64,000 bases of DNA. Origin: Vicugna vicugna (Eukaryota). The stretch is from positions 992,001 to 1,056,000 of the forward strand of contig MU060645.1 of the NCBI GenBank assembly GCA_013265495.1, read 5' to 3'. The notes below the pieces were generated by a model, which saw only the letters and a program-made list of their open reading frames with translations, was not told the origin of the DNA and did no database searches. This document shows, in pieces, positions 12,646-24,245 of the stretch (position 1 is the stretch's first letter; every line of letters starts with the position of its first letter). A program made the position numbers and the translations under genes.

Positions 12646-13092
12646 TGTATTAGTCTCCTATTGCTGTTGTAACAAATAATCATAAATCTGCTGGCTTAAA
12701 ACAGCACAAATTTATTATCTTACTGTCATGGAGATCGGGAATCTTAAGTAGGGAGGTAGGGCTGCACTCCTTCTGGAAGCTCTACAGAAGAATCCACTTA
12801 TTTGCCTTTTCCACTTTTGAGAGGCTACCCACATTCCCTGCCTCAAGGTCGTCCATCACTCTGACCTCTCCTTCCATGACATCTTCTCTGACTCTGACTC
12901 TCCTGCCTCCCTTATAAAGACCCTATGATTGCATTGGACCCAATCTGATAATCCAGGAGAATTTCCCCATCTCAAGATCCTTAATTTAATCATATCTGTA
13001 AATTCTTTTTTTGTCATATATGATAATATATTCACAGGTTCTGGGCATCAGGACATGGACATCTTTGGAGGACCATTATTGTGTGCAGTACA
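12646..13092 (-). mobile_element. MLT1 (MaLR) solo LTR, MLT1C/D-like
   Basis: tgtattagtctcctattgctgttgtaacaaataatcataaatctgctggcttaaaacagcacaaatttattatctta...ggacatggacatctttggaggaccattatt. Confidence 0.9.
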
Positions 13093-13469
13093 GGATACAT
13101 ATGTTAAAATTTTGTAATATGTAGGCTATTCCCTAATGACACAGCATTGTCCCACAATCCACATGATTTTGGAATGATCCTTTGGAAGCTGGCAAAAGTG
13201 AAAAAATTGTTTTTAGTTACATGAACCTAGAGCCTAACTTCATTTAATATGAACATGCAACATATTTTTTTCAAAGTTTAGTATATATTGCTTTTCCTGC
13301 AGTTCAACTATGTGTAATTCAAAGAAAGATTTTGCTTCATTTTTCTTTGCAATTTTACAAAGGCCTTTACACCATTTTAGAAAAATCATATCACCTTGGC
13401 TCTGCCACTTCTGGAATGGAATCACCACCTGTCTAAAAATTAACCAACATAAAATGTTCTGCTTTGGAT

Positions 13470-13941
13470 GTTACATAATGGCAAAGCCCTACGGTGGGTC
13501 TACCTTAAACCAAAGGTATAAAGCAGGGTGCCAGATTCAGTTTCTCTGTCTCTGGACTTGGCTGAGCTCTGCTCTTCCTCATGAGTGACTTAATTCTCAC
13601 GTCATACAAACAGCAGCAGCTCTAGCTTTACAGCTCCTCAGCTTCAAATCCACCTGGATTTTTCTATTACTCAAACAAAAGCAGGGAGGTAAACTTTACC
13701 GATCGTCATTGGCCAACTTATGGCACATGCTTATCTCCAAACTAATCAATGAGGCTTGGGGGATGACTCTAGTGTGCATCTTAGGGCAAAGTCAGATGCT
13801 CCATGCCCAATCCCAGGATCTAGCCATATCCGATGCAAATAAATCAGAAGTGGGGGCCCTGGTGGATTCCAGGAGGAAAATCTGGGCACTATTACAGGAA
13901 GGTGATGGATGCTGAAACAAAAATGGTTGATGGCTATTACA
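13470..13941 (-). mobile_element. old MLT1 (J/K/L-like) LTR
   Basis: attggccaacttatggcacatgcttatctccaaactaatcaatgagg...ggatgctgaaacaaaaatggttgatggctattaca. Confidence 0.65.
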
Positions 13942-14199
13942 CTAATTATAAACTCAAAATCTGTCATTTAATGTGTTTGGGATTTTAGATTTCAAAAATC
14001 ACTTATAGTTAATTTATTACAAATGGTGAATAGCCTAGATAAATTGTAAAAATGAATGCAATTCTTCTTCAGTTGCACCTGCTTTACATTATGAGAATTT
14101 TTTTCAAAAGCATTTTTGTCAAAATCTGAAAAAGGGATAAAGTTGACTTAGTTATATAAATATAATTACGATTATTGTATGCACTTTTGAGAGCAATCA

Positions 14200-14330
14200 A
14201 TCCACTAAAACAAAATGTCACAGGGGCAGAATTTTTTATCTGCTTGGGTCACTGCTGAATCCCCCCAAAAGAGGATGTGGTACAGAGTAGGCATTGTATA
14301 ATTATTCTCTGATGGAATGAGTCAATAAAT
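14200..14330 (+). mobile_element. L2 3' end
   Basis: ggggcagaattttttatctgcttgggtcactgctgaatcccc...gtggtacagagtaggcatt. Confidence 0.65.
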
Positions 14331-14560
14331 GAGTCTATTTAATTCTTTCTAGAGTTTGCTACACCAATGAACTTTAGCTGAAATGATCAAGGTGTTCAAA
14401 GTACAAGTAGAGAAAGTACCTTTCAATACGAAGAGTTAGGGGCTTAACATCCATATCTATTTTCAACAGTAATAGTACTACCTAGACTATTAACATACAA
14501 ATTATTAATAGGTTAAGATTCTAAAGCAAAATATTCTCAGAGACAAAAGATTCATTTGGA

Positions 14561-14690
14561 TATTGTAAAAATCTATAATGGAAAATAATCTGAAAAAGAA
14601 ACATATATAATATATATATAATATATATATATAAAAGAATGATTTTGCTCTATACATGAAACACTGTAAATCAATTATATTTCAATTAAA
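14561..14690 (+). mobile_element. 5'-truncated young L1 (3' tail only) with 16-bp target-site duplication
   Basis: perfect TSD aaaagattcatttgga at 14545-14560 and 14691-14706; body ctataatggaaaataatctgaaaaagaaacatatata...gtaaatcaattatatttcaattaaaa resembles cetartiodactyl L1 tails. Confidence 0.9.
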
Positions 14691-14774
14691 AAAAGATTCA
14701 TTTGGAGCTCTGTAAAGACACAGCACTGCTATTCTACACATACAAGTAGTGAGAGCATAATATGAAATGGCTGA

Positions 14775-14990
14775 GATAGTAATGAGTAATTGTTACGAAC
14801 ATAACATGTGCTAAGAGCCTTGTAAGTATTATTTCACTTAATCTTCATCAGAACCCTAGGATGGGACTAGTATTGTTTTCATTACAGGTGAGGAAATTGA
14901 GAATAAAAGATCTTAATTAACCACCTTCAGTTCACATGTTAGCAAGTGAAATGCAGCTCTGTTTCTAGAGCTCATGTATTAATCACCATG
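14775..14990 (-). mobile_element. MIR
   Basis: atttcacttaatcttcatcagaaccctagg...cattacaggtgaggaaattgag. Confidence 0.85.
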
Positions 14991-15314
14991 TAACCTTTTC
15001 TACAGAATTTAAATAGCTTTCACAGTGGAATTATAATACAGAAGGTTTTAGGGGGTTTTACAGTAATAATATTGGTCCAAAGAAGGAAACACACTGAAAA
15101 TATGGATGCATTTACCATGTATTCAACCTCTCTTGTTTTGCTTCATACAAAAATGTGATATATACACAGATATACTTGAGCATGCGTGTGCTGGTGAACA
15201 CTTACACACATACATCCACATAAAGATACAGGAATCTAAAACTCCACTGTAACAATCAAATTCTAAGCAACTGAGCAAAGTACAAGAAAGGAAATATGTT
15301 TGTATTTGGTAAAG

Positions 15315-15480
15315 TGGATCAACTGATAGAGCACAAGATTTGGAAACAAGGGAAAACAGCCTAATTGAGGTCCCACTGCTCCCTTAAAAAATGAAAATAA
15401 CTGAATCTCTTCTTCTTGAAAAAGAGGGATAAATAATACTTAAATCTTACCTATCTCAAAGGGGTGCAAGGGGATTAAAA
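15315..15480 (+). mobile_element. MIR fragment
   Basis: aactgaatctcttcttcttgaaaaagagggataaataatacttaaatcttacc. Confidence 0.5.
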
Positions 15481-15690
15481 AATTTAAAAATAAGTCTTAG
15501 ATATATCTGCAGATTTTCAGAAGTGCTTCATAAGAAACACTACCTTTTCTTGCTCAGTTTATTTCCTTTCTTAAGGACAATAGTTCTCACTGCACTGACA
15601 ACCACCCTTACATGTGAAGTTCCCCATTGTATCATGTGCTATTGCATGGAACTTTTAAGAAAGGGCCTCAAGTCCTAGGGTTAGTAAAAT

Positions 15691-15763
15691 AGAGACAGAC
15701 AGACAGAGACAGAGACAGAGAGACAGAGACAGAAAGAGACAGAGAGAGAGAGAGAGAGAGAAA
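15691..15763. repeat. compound (GACA/GAGACA)n-(GA)n microsatellite
   Basis: seen directly. Confidence 0.95.
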
Positions 15764-15884
15764 GAATTGTTTTATTGCTGTTACTTTGATCAAAGCCCAA
15801 AGGAGACATTTTTTTCCCCATTACCTTCAAAGATGAAATACTGTTCTGGACCACTAGTGCTCATGAGTGGATTATGCAGTACAC

Positions 15885-16052
15885 TGGTTCTCAAACTATA
15901 GTCCCCAGATCTGTAGCAGCAGCCTCACCTGCGAATGTGTGAGAAATGCAAAGTTCTGTACCCTGCCTGGACCTACTCAATCAGAAATTCTTGTTGTAGC
16001 AAGGCCTCCGTGTGATTCTAGTGCAAGCTAAAATTTGAGATCCACTCTCCTA
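15885..16052. mobile_element. MER5A
   Basis: ctggttctcaaactatagtcccc...gcagcagcctcacctgcgaatgtgtgagaaatgcaaa...aaaatttgagatccact. Confidence 0.85.
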
Positions 16053-16237
16053 GTCAGCAATGAGGAAAAACATTATTCTCTGTTTACACAGTCTAATAAA
16101 GACCCATTACTGAATGCTAATAAGAGAATTCCCTTCATGTTTTATGGTTGTTAAAAAGGGGGGAAAGTCACAACAGATTCTATTCAAATTCTGCATACAT
16201 TCAATAATAACACTGATTACCAAAGCCTTAGAGTTCC

Positions 16238-16441
16238 TTCTTTGATTCTCTGTCTCAGGCTTTCCTGCAGCCCTCTTACAAGGACCCTTGTGATTATATT
16301 AGATCTTCTAGATAATCCAGAATAACCTCTCCATCTCAAATCCTTAACTTAATATCTGTAAACCTCCTTTGGCCATGTAAGGTAACAGTTTAGATTCCGG
16401 GGACTTGGACATCTTTGAGGGGTCATTATTCTGACTACTAC
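16238..16441 (-). mobile_element. MLT1C/D-like LTR, partial
   Basis: cttacaaggacccttgtgattatattaga...ataatccagaataacctctccatctcaaatccttaacttaat...gacatctttgaggggtcattattctgactactaca. Confidence 0.85.
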
Positions 16442-16519
16442 ACTAACTATCCTAGAACATACAAAATACAAAGCTTAGACTGCTTAGGGAGAGGGCTTTT
16501 TTTAAGCAATATTAATTCA

Positions 16520-17466
16520 GTTAAACAATACAATGCTTTTATTTTAAATGTTGCATTTTGTGTGTTTATATGTGTGAATCACTACAATATTATTAAAAAA
16601 ACAAGTATATTCAGAGGAAATTAACCACTTCTCCTCTGGAAAAGAAGAGACTTGTTTGATGAAAATTTTGCAGTAAAAAAAATAGGTCTATTCAACTGGA
16701 GACAGCATCAGAGTGTTTGAGAGAAATAGCATATAACTGTAGTGAGGAAAAATCATTTGTTAGGAGTATTGTAATTCTCAATGTACTGAAATGACCAGAT
16801 AATTCAATAAATCTTCAAAGTGCATCAGTAAAACAAGTGATTTAAGGCAAAACAACTTTGTTCTTTCTGAAAAGAAGAGAAAGGCACCCTTAGCCCCACA
16901 GTCAGCAATGCGCCATGCATCACAGAATGTTCCCCAATCGGCGGAACTGCTTCTCCTCTTTTTCTTCTCCACTGAAGCAGAATTCAGCTCAGTTGACTGT
17001 ATAGTCATCTCTCTTTTCATGCAAGGGGAGATGCATACTACTTGACAGAGCCCCAGTTCCGCTGGTGCCAGCCTTCAATTTAATTGTAAAGAGAGCAAAG
17101 ATGCCAAAAAGACTGATGAGTCAGGAACTATCAAGACCATTATACCTAAACCCCCAAGAGGAAAATGTGGAATCATTTTGGAATCCTGAAATGGCATGCT
17201 TTCTGGACTTCAGCAACATCATGTGGATCACTGTTCAGCCTCCTTCTGTTTGTCAGTGACAGAAATCGGAAGACATACATTGGCCAAGAGATTGATGACT
17301 CTGATAGAAGGGGAAAATCACAGTACAGCAGAAAGCACACACATTCTCAAACTAATGCCCATTCATCATATAGAAAGCTATTCACCACAAACAGAAGTGC
17401 AGTGTCTTTGTTTGCAAGCTCAGATATGATCGTCAGATTTAAGCATGGATCCTTCACCTAGTTAAA
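16520..17466 (-). other. candidate terminal or UTR exon (about 950 nt of unique sequence)
   Basis: very strong acceptor gtttaatttgttttttttttccttctctggcag|TTTAACTAG; all three frames stop within 5 codons; AATAAA at 16543-16538; repeat-free. Confidence 0.35.
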
Positions 17467-17647
17467 CTGCCAGAGAAGGAAAAAAAAAACAAATTAAACG
17501 AAAGTTCCTCTTTCAATAATTCTCATAAAAGCTCAAATTTTTTCTTTAAAATTTAAAGGTAATAATTCATAATAAATTTATAACAGTAGAGGAACCCTCT
17601 GAAGCTGCCTTTTTTGTTTGTTTCACATTTGCTTATGATAGCCTAGG

Positions 17648-17831
17648 ACAGTGGTTCCCAAAGTGTGGTCCCTGAACCAGTAGCATCAGCATCACCGAAG
17701 AACAGGTTAGAAAAGTAGATTATCAGACTCTACCCTAGACCTACTGAATCAGAAATACCTGGTCTGGGGCCAGCAAATTGTGTTTATCTAGCCTTCCAGT
17801 TAATTCTGAGGCAGGCTAAAATTTTAGAACT
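17648..17831. mobile_element. MER5A
   Basis: cagtggttcccaaagtgtggtccctgaaccagtagcatcagcatcacc...cctagacctactgaatcagaaa. Confidence 0.9.
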
Positions 17832-19600
17832 AAAGAAAAGCATGATATGAGCTGATATACTATTTCAAGAAAAATATTTTAATGTTCCCATTTCTACATG
17901 GTACATACACTGGAATCTTATTTTAAAAAGCTCCTCACATGTAGTTTCCAAATTCTAGCAACTATCATTTTTCTATTTGGCTCTCTTCATGGGAAGCTCC
18001 AGGGGACAATATGTGGCATTTTCAATTATTGAACTGCATTTTGCTTTTACTTGTAGGCACTAAGCTCAAGAAATAATAAACTGATTAAACTCAGCCCACT
18101 CATAATGCTTTTGGTAGAGTTTCCAAAGCACTTGGATATATATTTTATATGACATACTGTGCTTTGCAATAAGGCAGTTGGAAAAAAACAAACAAACCTG
18201 AATTCAAAACATTAATAAGTAGTGACTTGTCATTGTGACAAAAGGATCACCATCGTTTCTCTTTAAAAATTAATTATCATAGAGAACTTTAAGCACAATA
18301 TGACAACTCATATTACTTTTGAACATGAGGTCTTCACTTGGGACATAAGGTGAGATTCCCGGATTTTTTTTATGCCTCCTTACACTTAGTATAGAGCTTT
18401 CCTACTGAATTTAGTAAATAAATCAACCACAATTTAAATAAATCAACCCTTGGGTGTTTTCAACAGAGAGGTTTTTTCTGTACTAGAATAAAATACCCAA
18501 TATTCTAAATCACTAAACCATATTTACTATAAATTTATTTCCAAAGTTTTGAGTTTTAAATAATAGTAAGATACTAAATAAAACCATCCACTGTCTTGTC
18601 AACTCCCCATGTAAAGATGGTTATTATTTCTTACTATAGTTCAGAAGCTTTCATTTGATATGCACTATAACTTAGCTATGTTATTCATGAATAAGACAAT
18701 TTAGTCTAAATACCACATGCACTTTAAAATAAAATTTTTAATATATTTCATTTATCTTTTTGATATATATTTCCTCCCTTGGCTCTGAGTCACATCTCGA
18801 GTTACTGGTTACTGTCAGCCATGCCCAAACCATTTTGTAAAGACAGTATATGTCATTATAGTTCCAAATTTGCAGTGTATCTCTCTACCACCAATTTACT
18901 CTCATAGCTTGAAAATGATAATTGAAGTATCCTAAGCTTCCAGGCAGCTTGAGCAAATTTACTAGAGTGGCCTTGTAATCACCATTAGCAATAATAAGGA
19001 AAGTACAATCAAATCTGTCAAAAAAAAATCAAACAGATCAATCAAGAAAAACTTCACTTAGGGTAGCTAGTGGACCTAAATGGATGAATTTTCTGTTTCT
19101 TTCATAAAGCAGAACACTAAGAATCCATGGAGGCAGTAGCCATTCATTCACCGTTATTACATTATAAAAAGTCCTTAGGTACTGACTCTGTTTAGTTCAT
19201 TGAGTGAATGATACTGGAAATTGACAAAAAGAATTCCCCATATGTATGGATCCCTACAATAAAGAGCTCTCTTGAGAATATTTTTACCTAAATATTTTTA
19301 TTTCTTATTTATTTTTTAATTAGTTGCTTTTCAACACAAAGTATAATACTGATTTGCATAGGGAATGTGAGTAAAACCCTCTGCCTACCTACAATCCTTT
19401 AGCACAGTTTTTTCTAAAAATTTCTTAAATCACAATCTGAGGAAGTGGTTCAGGAATATGCACTTGAAATAATTAAGGGATTGTTAAGTACACTGGAATT
19501 TGACAACCATCCCTCTTTTGAGATACAAGTAACCTCAAGCCAGCTGCTTTGGTTGGGTTTACCAGCAAATCCACAGATTCTTCTTTCAATGTCTCCCTAC

Positions 19601-19633
19601 CTGGTCCTGATTCTCCATCGTTTAAATGAGTTC
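19601..19633 (-). other. candidate 33-nt exon (NSFKRWRIRT or THLNDGESGP)
   Basis: acceptor ggtaactttcttcag|G and donor CAG|gtaggg; length divisible by 3; two open frames. Confidence 0.25.
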
Positions 19634-19809
19634 CTGAAGAAAGTTACCCAATAACTTTCCAATGACACCAATGATTCTTAACATGATTCCTCAACTCTTT
19701 TGTCTTGTTGCTGTTCGATCACACAAGCCTCAATGCTCTTCTCTGATAAGTCTCACCTCACAAGTTATGCTTCACTGATGTCAACACTATTGTACGGCAT
19801 AAAAACACC

Positions 19810-19945
19810 AGATAAGAAGTGGATATATTTCCAGCAGGTATTAGAACTACCAAGAGGAGAATAAGAATTCATACCCCCCACAAGTTCCCAGATGATTCTG
19901 CTGTTGCTGTTCCAGGAACCACATGGTGAGAACCATTGCTTTAAG
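19810..19945. mobile_element. MER5A/B fragment
   Basis: caagttcccagatgattctgctgttgctgttccaggaaccacatggtgagaaccattgct. Confidence 0.75.
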
Positions 19946-20799
19946 TCATAGGCTGAAAACCGTGGATACAGTCTAGGATCACACAATTCCCTTTCCAAAC
20001 AAATTCTGTAAAGAGGCTTGAGCTATACCTATATAGTATTAAAGAAACTTTAAATGTGGAAAAACTCCAGTCATACAGCTAACTTAACCTTTTGAAAAGA
20101 AAAAAATGTAGTAATTTTCTTTATGCTAGAAGGAACCACATGCGCGCTATTAAGCCGAATTTAATCAAACTAGTTGAATGGTTACAATAATCCCTGAGTT
20201 ATTAAACACATCTTGAGGTTATTATTGGCAAAATGAATCATTATCTTCAATTTGATAAGAAACTTAAAACATCTTGAAAAGCACTATTTGAACACAAATT
20301 CATATTCTCTCAGTTAAGAAGACTATTTTACCCACAAAAAAGCCCCACACAATAAACATTCAAAAGCATGCGGTGCTATGCTGTAAGCAAAATAAATTTT
20401 TTTCCCTCTCCATTTGCCATTTGTACTGACATTTAGAAACACAGACATGGTATTTAGTTTGCTCTCAGACAATTATTTTTCTATGTCTACACTCTAAGTT
20501 TTGCGTGCCTAATAAATTACTGATTGAACACTGTATTTCCCAAATTTTAACTAACTTCACCTCTATGTATGCATTTCATAATTTTTGATAGTGCTTTCTT
20601 ATGGCTATAGGCTTTATCTTTACCCTGCTTTCAAAAATGACATTTGCCTTATGAAATACTTCTTTTTTTAACTTTTATGAAATGCTTCTTTTTTTAACTT
20701 TTATCATACTGACATAAAGGCAACTGAATTAATTTTAACTTAGAATTTTGAATTCTCCAGATATGGTGGGTACATGATTTATATTTTTGGACTTCATGA

Positions 20800-20940
20800 A
20801 ATAATCATGACACCATCCCTACCACTTGCTGAGAAAGTAAGAAGTCAACACCTACTTCACATGTGAAAAAATTAAGACCCAGAGTAGATCAGGTCATTCA
20901 CACAGACCTGCATTTTAATTCCAGTGTCAATGCTCTCAAC
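20800..20940 (-). mobile_element. MIR fragment
   Basis: acttcacatgtgaaaaaattaagacccagagtagatcagg. Confidence 0.5.
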
Positions 20941-22829
20941 TTTACCTATGACTTCAGTATAATGGGGAAAACACTCAGTAACAGGAAATAAACCATCATC
21001 CATACAAAATTCAAACCATAGTCATACTTTATTAAATATAATTTCCTACCACTGACTTAATAATCACCCATATTTTTGTTTTCTTAAAGCATCTAGTACA
21101 ATGGATAGAGGAAAGGATTTTTTTTTAATACTAGCATTTTCCTGAAGTTATATGAATATACATAAAGATAAAATATATATCTCTAATACCGAAAGTAATT
21201 ATATTGTCATATGACTTTAACGAAATTTTATCAAGGTGTTGAAATATTAATGCATTTCTTCTTCATAACTTACAGTGACTTTTCAATTTGATTTTCTAAA
21301 TTGCTACATTGTGTACCAATCACTTCTACATGCATGTTGTATATTCACTAATTATATTTCCCATTTTTCTACTAAAGGACACTTCCAACTTATTCATCAA
21401 GCAACCCTTGGGAGGTTTGCATAATCCAATATCATATAGTTACATTGAACTTCTAAATTGAAACGAGAAAATACAGTTCCAAATAAGCTCAAATACCAGC
21501 CTTCAACTACATATTTAGTCTTTGTCAAATACCCATAGAAATCCTAGAAAACATCTATTCCATGTCTTTCTGATGAATAAGATGCATAGGTGATGTCTAG
21601 TTTTTTCTTGTCAGATAAAGAAGGTCCTTGGTGGCAATGCATGACAAAATGACAAGATGTATTGGCTATTTTCAGACAGCCATGTATTTAAAAGGAAAAA
21701 GATCATCACTGATAACATAAAATATATGATTACTCTCAATGTAAGATGTTTTATTTCCATGTAGCAATTAGCATTATCCAATACTTTGTTGAATTCTATA
21801 TAATCTGTGCAGAATTGTGTTCTTTTACTAACGTTAGAGTATAAACTTAGTGCATTCTTTATAGAATTTCCATTTTATAGTAAGAGAGTTGCTTCAGGTT
21901 ACACAGAAAATATGGTTTTAGCTGCAACCTACAGTGTGCAAAAAGGACTCTCGAGAATAATTCATGTTGTTCCTTTTATAGTTTATCCAGTATTATTATA
22001 GGAACAAAGTTTCAAAGTGACATTTGATTTTGCTATGAACCACATGTAGATATTAAATATAATTATATTATCACATATTTTCTTCCCCTTTATGGTTTCA
22101 TTTAAATATGTAAAATTCCATTAGTGAAACTTTGGGACCCCTGATAATGTTTGCAAGTTAATGATCCAGTTTATTTACTCAGTTTCTATATAACAGAGAG
22201 ATTTGGTAATTATTTTCATTAAACTTAAGGGAGGCAACAATGAGTACTCTTTTAGAAACCATGGTAAGAATAATTAAATTAGATCCTACCAGGTATTTGG
22301 AAATTGCTTTTTTAACTAAATGACCATCTATTCTTTCAATAGAGAATCATTCAAGATTTATTTATTTTTCCTGACGAACTTTTCTGTCTTCTTTCTTACA
22401 TGAGATATTGGCTTTAATTGTATTTAAGTAAGTCCTGAAACTCTAATTTACAGAAGTCAATCAAATAAATAAAGCCACTATAATATTTTCACTACAGATG
22501 ACTTGTTGTTTAAAACACGTCACCACAAAATGAGAGTAAAATAACCTCTATAATAGTGAGGCAATGACTATAGCTTAAGGCAGTGCTTACAAAATCCATT
22601 AAAAATTAAAAAGAAATAAAGAAATAAAACAGCCACTGGAATATAAAAGTAGCCAAAAAACTACCCTTTGCTGAAGATTTCAACTTAAAAGATTAGAGGC
22701 AAATGTGATATTTAGATAAATTTGTGCCATTACATCTAATAATCTATTTGGGTATTTGCCAGTAAGCTAATTTCTTGGTCTATTTCATTTTACTCTACTC
22801 ATGATAATGCAGGTGAGGTGGGGAGGCTG

Positions 22830-22881
22830 ACGTTTAATTTTAATTGTCTTTTATTCACCCCATATTAAGCACTTACAGCTG
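22830..22881 (-). other. candidate 5-nt microexon (CAGCT, 22881-22877) or ultra-short terminal exon (QL*, AATAAA at 22855-22850)
   Basis: about 65-nt AG-free pyrimidine tract, cctaat branch-like site, cag|CAG|CT NAGNAG, then gtaagt. Confidence 0.3.
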
Positions 22882-23204
22882 CTGGCGTATATAGCACAGA
22901 TTAGGAAAGACAAAAGGGCAAAAATAAGAGTAATGCAATTTTACAGCACTATCAACTGATTGCCTTTAATATGAAACTATTATTGTTTTGTCCACTATCC
23001 TTCATTTAAGAAGTAAAATACATTTTTTAACAAATTATAATGGAGCAATTTTTAAATAACTGGGTAGAAACACAGGCAAAACAATGCAATTTAAAAGACA
23101 TGACCACCTCTCTTTATTAAATAGAGGGTAAATATATATTAAGTAAAAAACAAGTCAAAGTCCTCTACATCAGTAATCTCCAGACTTTGTGATCATGTAG
23201 GTTA

Positions 23205-23262
23205 AAAAAAAGAATAAAGAAAGAAAGAGAGAAAAGAAGGAAGGAAGAGAAGAAAGAAGACT
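23205..23262. repeat. (AAAG/GAAG)n purine tract
   Basis: seen directly. Confidence 0.8.
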
Positions 23263-23519
23263 GAATACACATTCTCCCTTTCCATTTATCTCTATATAAC
23301 TTACATACCTGTAATTCTCTATCAACACATTATGCCAAATACAAAATTGGCACCAAAATTTTGTAATGTTACAATAAAATGAAGAGACAGTCCAATATAT
23401 TCTTACTAATAAATTCTTTTGGGGGTTCCTTGAAATTCACAACACCATGTTGAAGACCACTCTCCTACAATGTTGTTTCTCAACATTAATTTCATCGTCT
23501 AGTAGAAATTGAGCTCTGA

Positions 23520-24245
23520 TAAGCAATAGCTCAAGAAATACTATTGAGAACCCACCATGTTCAAAACAGTTTGCCAGGTTCTCATGATGCCATGGTGAAC
23601 AACAGAGGCACGGCCTTATTTAGCATAAAACTTTCAATACAAATGTATAATAAATTAATAGACTAATTAACAGATAATTATATAACCGTTGCTACAAAGC
23701 TGAACTGCACAATATGAGAAGGTATATAACAAGTTCTAATCTAGTTTTCAAAGTGAGAAAAAGCTTACCTAAGGAAGTGACATTGAGTTTGAAAATCCAT
23801 GCATGAAAACGAGATAACTGTTTAGAGCACGGCCAATAAATTGGCAAAGACTATTTTGCAGGTAGAGTAAACGGCATGTGCAAAGGCCAATGCGTGTCAG
23901 AGAAAACAAAGCCAAAGCATGTGTTTTCACGGAGTGTGGAAGTTGAGAAAGGAGGGGGAGAGGAGGGGTGGATGGGGTGAAGATAGGAGAAAGAAAACAA
24001 ATCAGGCAGCCATCTGTTGGACATAGTAAGAACTGAGGATTGGTGGCAAATTACTGACTGGTTTTAGGCCAGAGAACAAATGGATCAGATTTGTATTTTT
24101 ACAAATAGGCTTGAATCCTAAGTAAACAATGGACTGAACAGGGCAAGAGTGGATGCAGCTGCTAATGTTCAGGTGCTGGTGGTTTGAAGTAGGTTGTTGG
24201 TAGTGAAAATGGACAGAAGTAGAGATTTGGAGGAGATTTAAGAGG
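23520..24245 (-). mobile_element. L2
   Basis: tattgagaacccaccatgttcaaaacagtttgccagg...aggaagtgacattgagttt...gtagtgaaaatggacagaagtagaga. Confidence 0.8.

Noticed and set aside
16778-17461. Overlapping 64-98-aa ORFs on both strands in the 17-kb island
   Set aside because: No recognisable homology, some start at non-ATG codons, and no consistent frame; better explained as UTR or regulatory DNA.
23763-23790. AG|GT recursive-splice-like site (cttccttag|gtaagc, minus strand)
   Set aside because: Lies inside an L2 element, so it is probably repeat-derived; no independent support.
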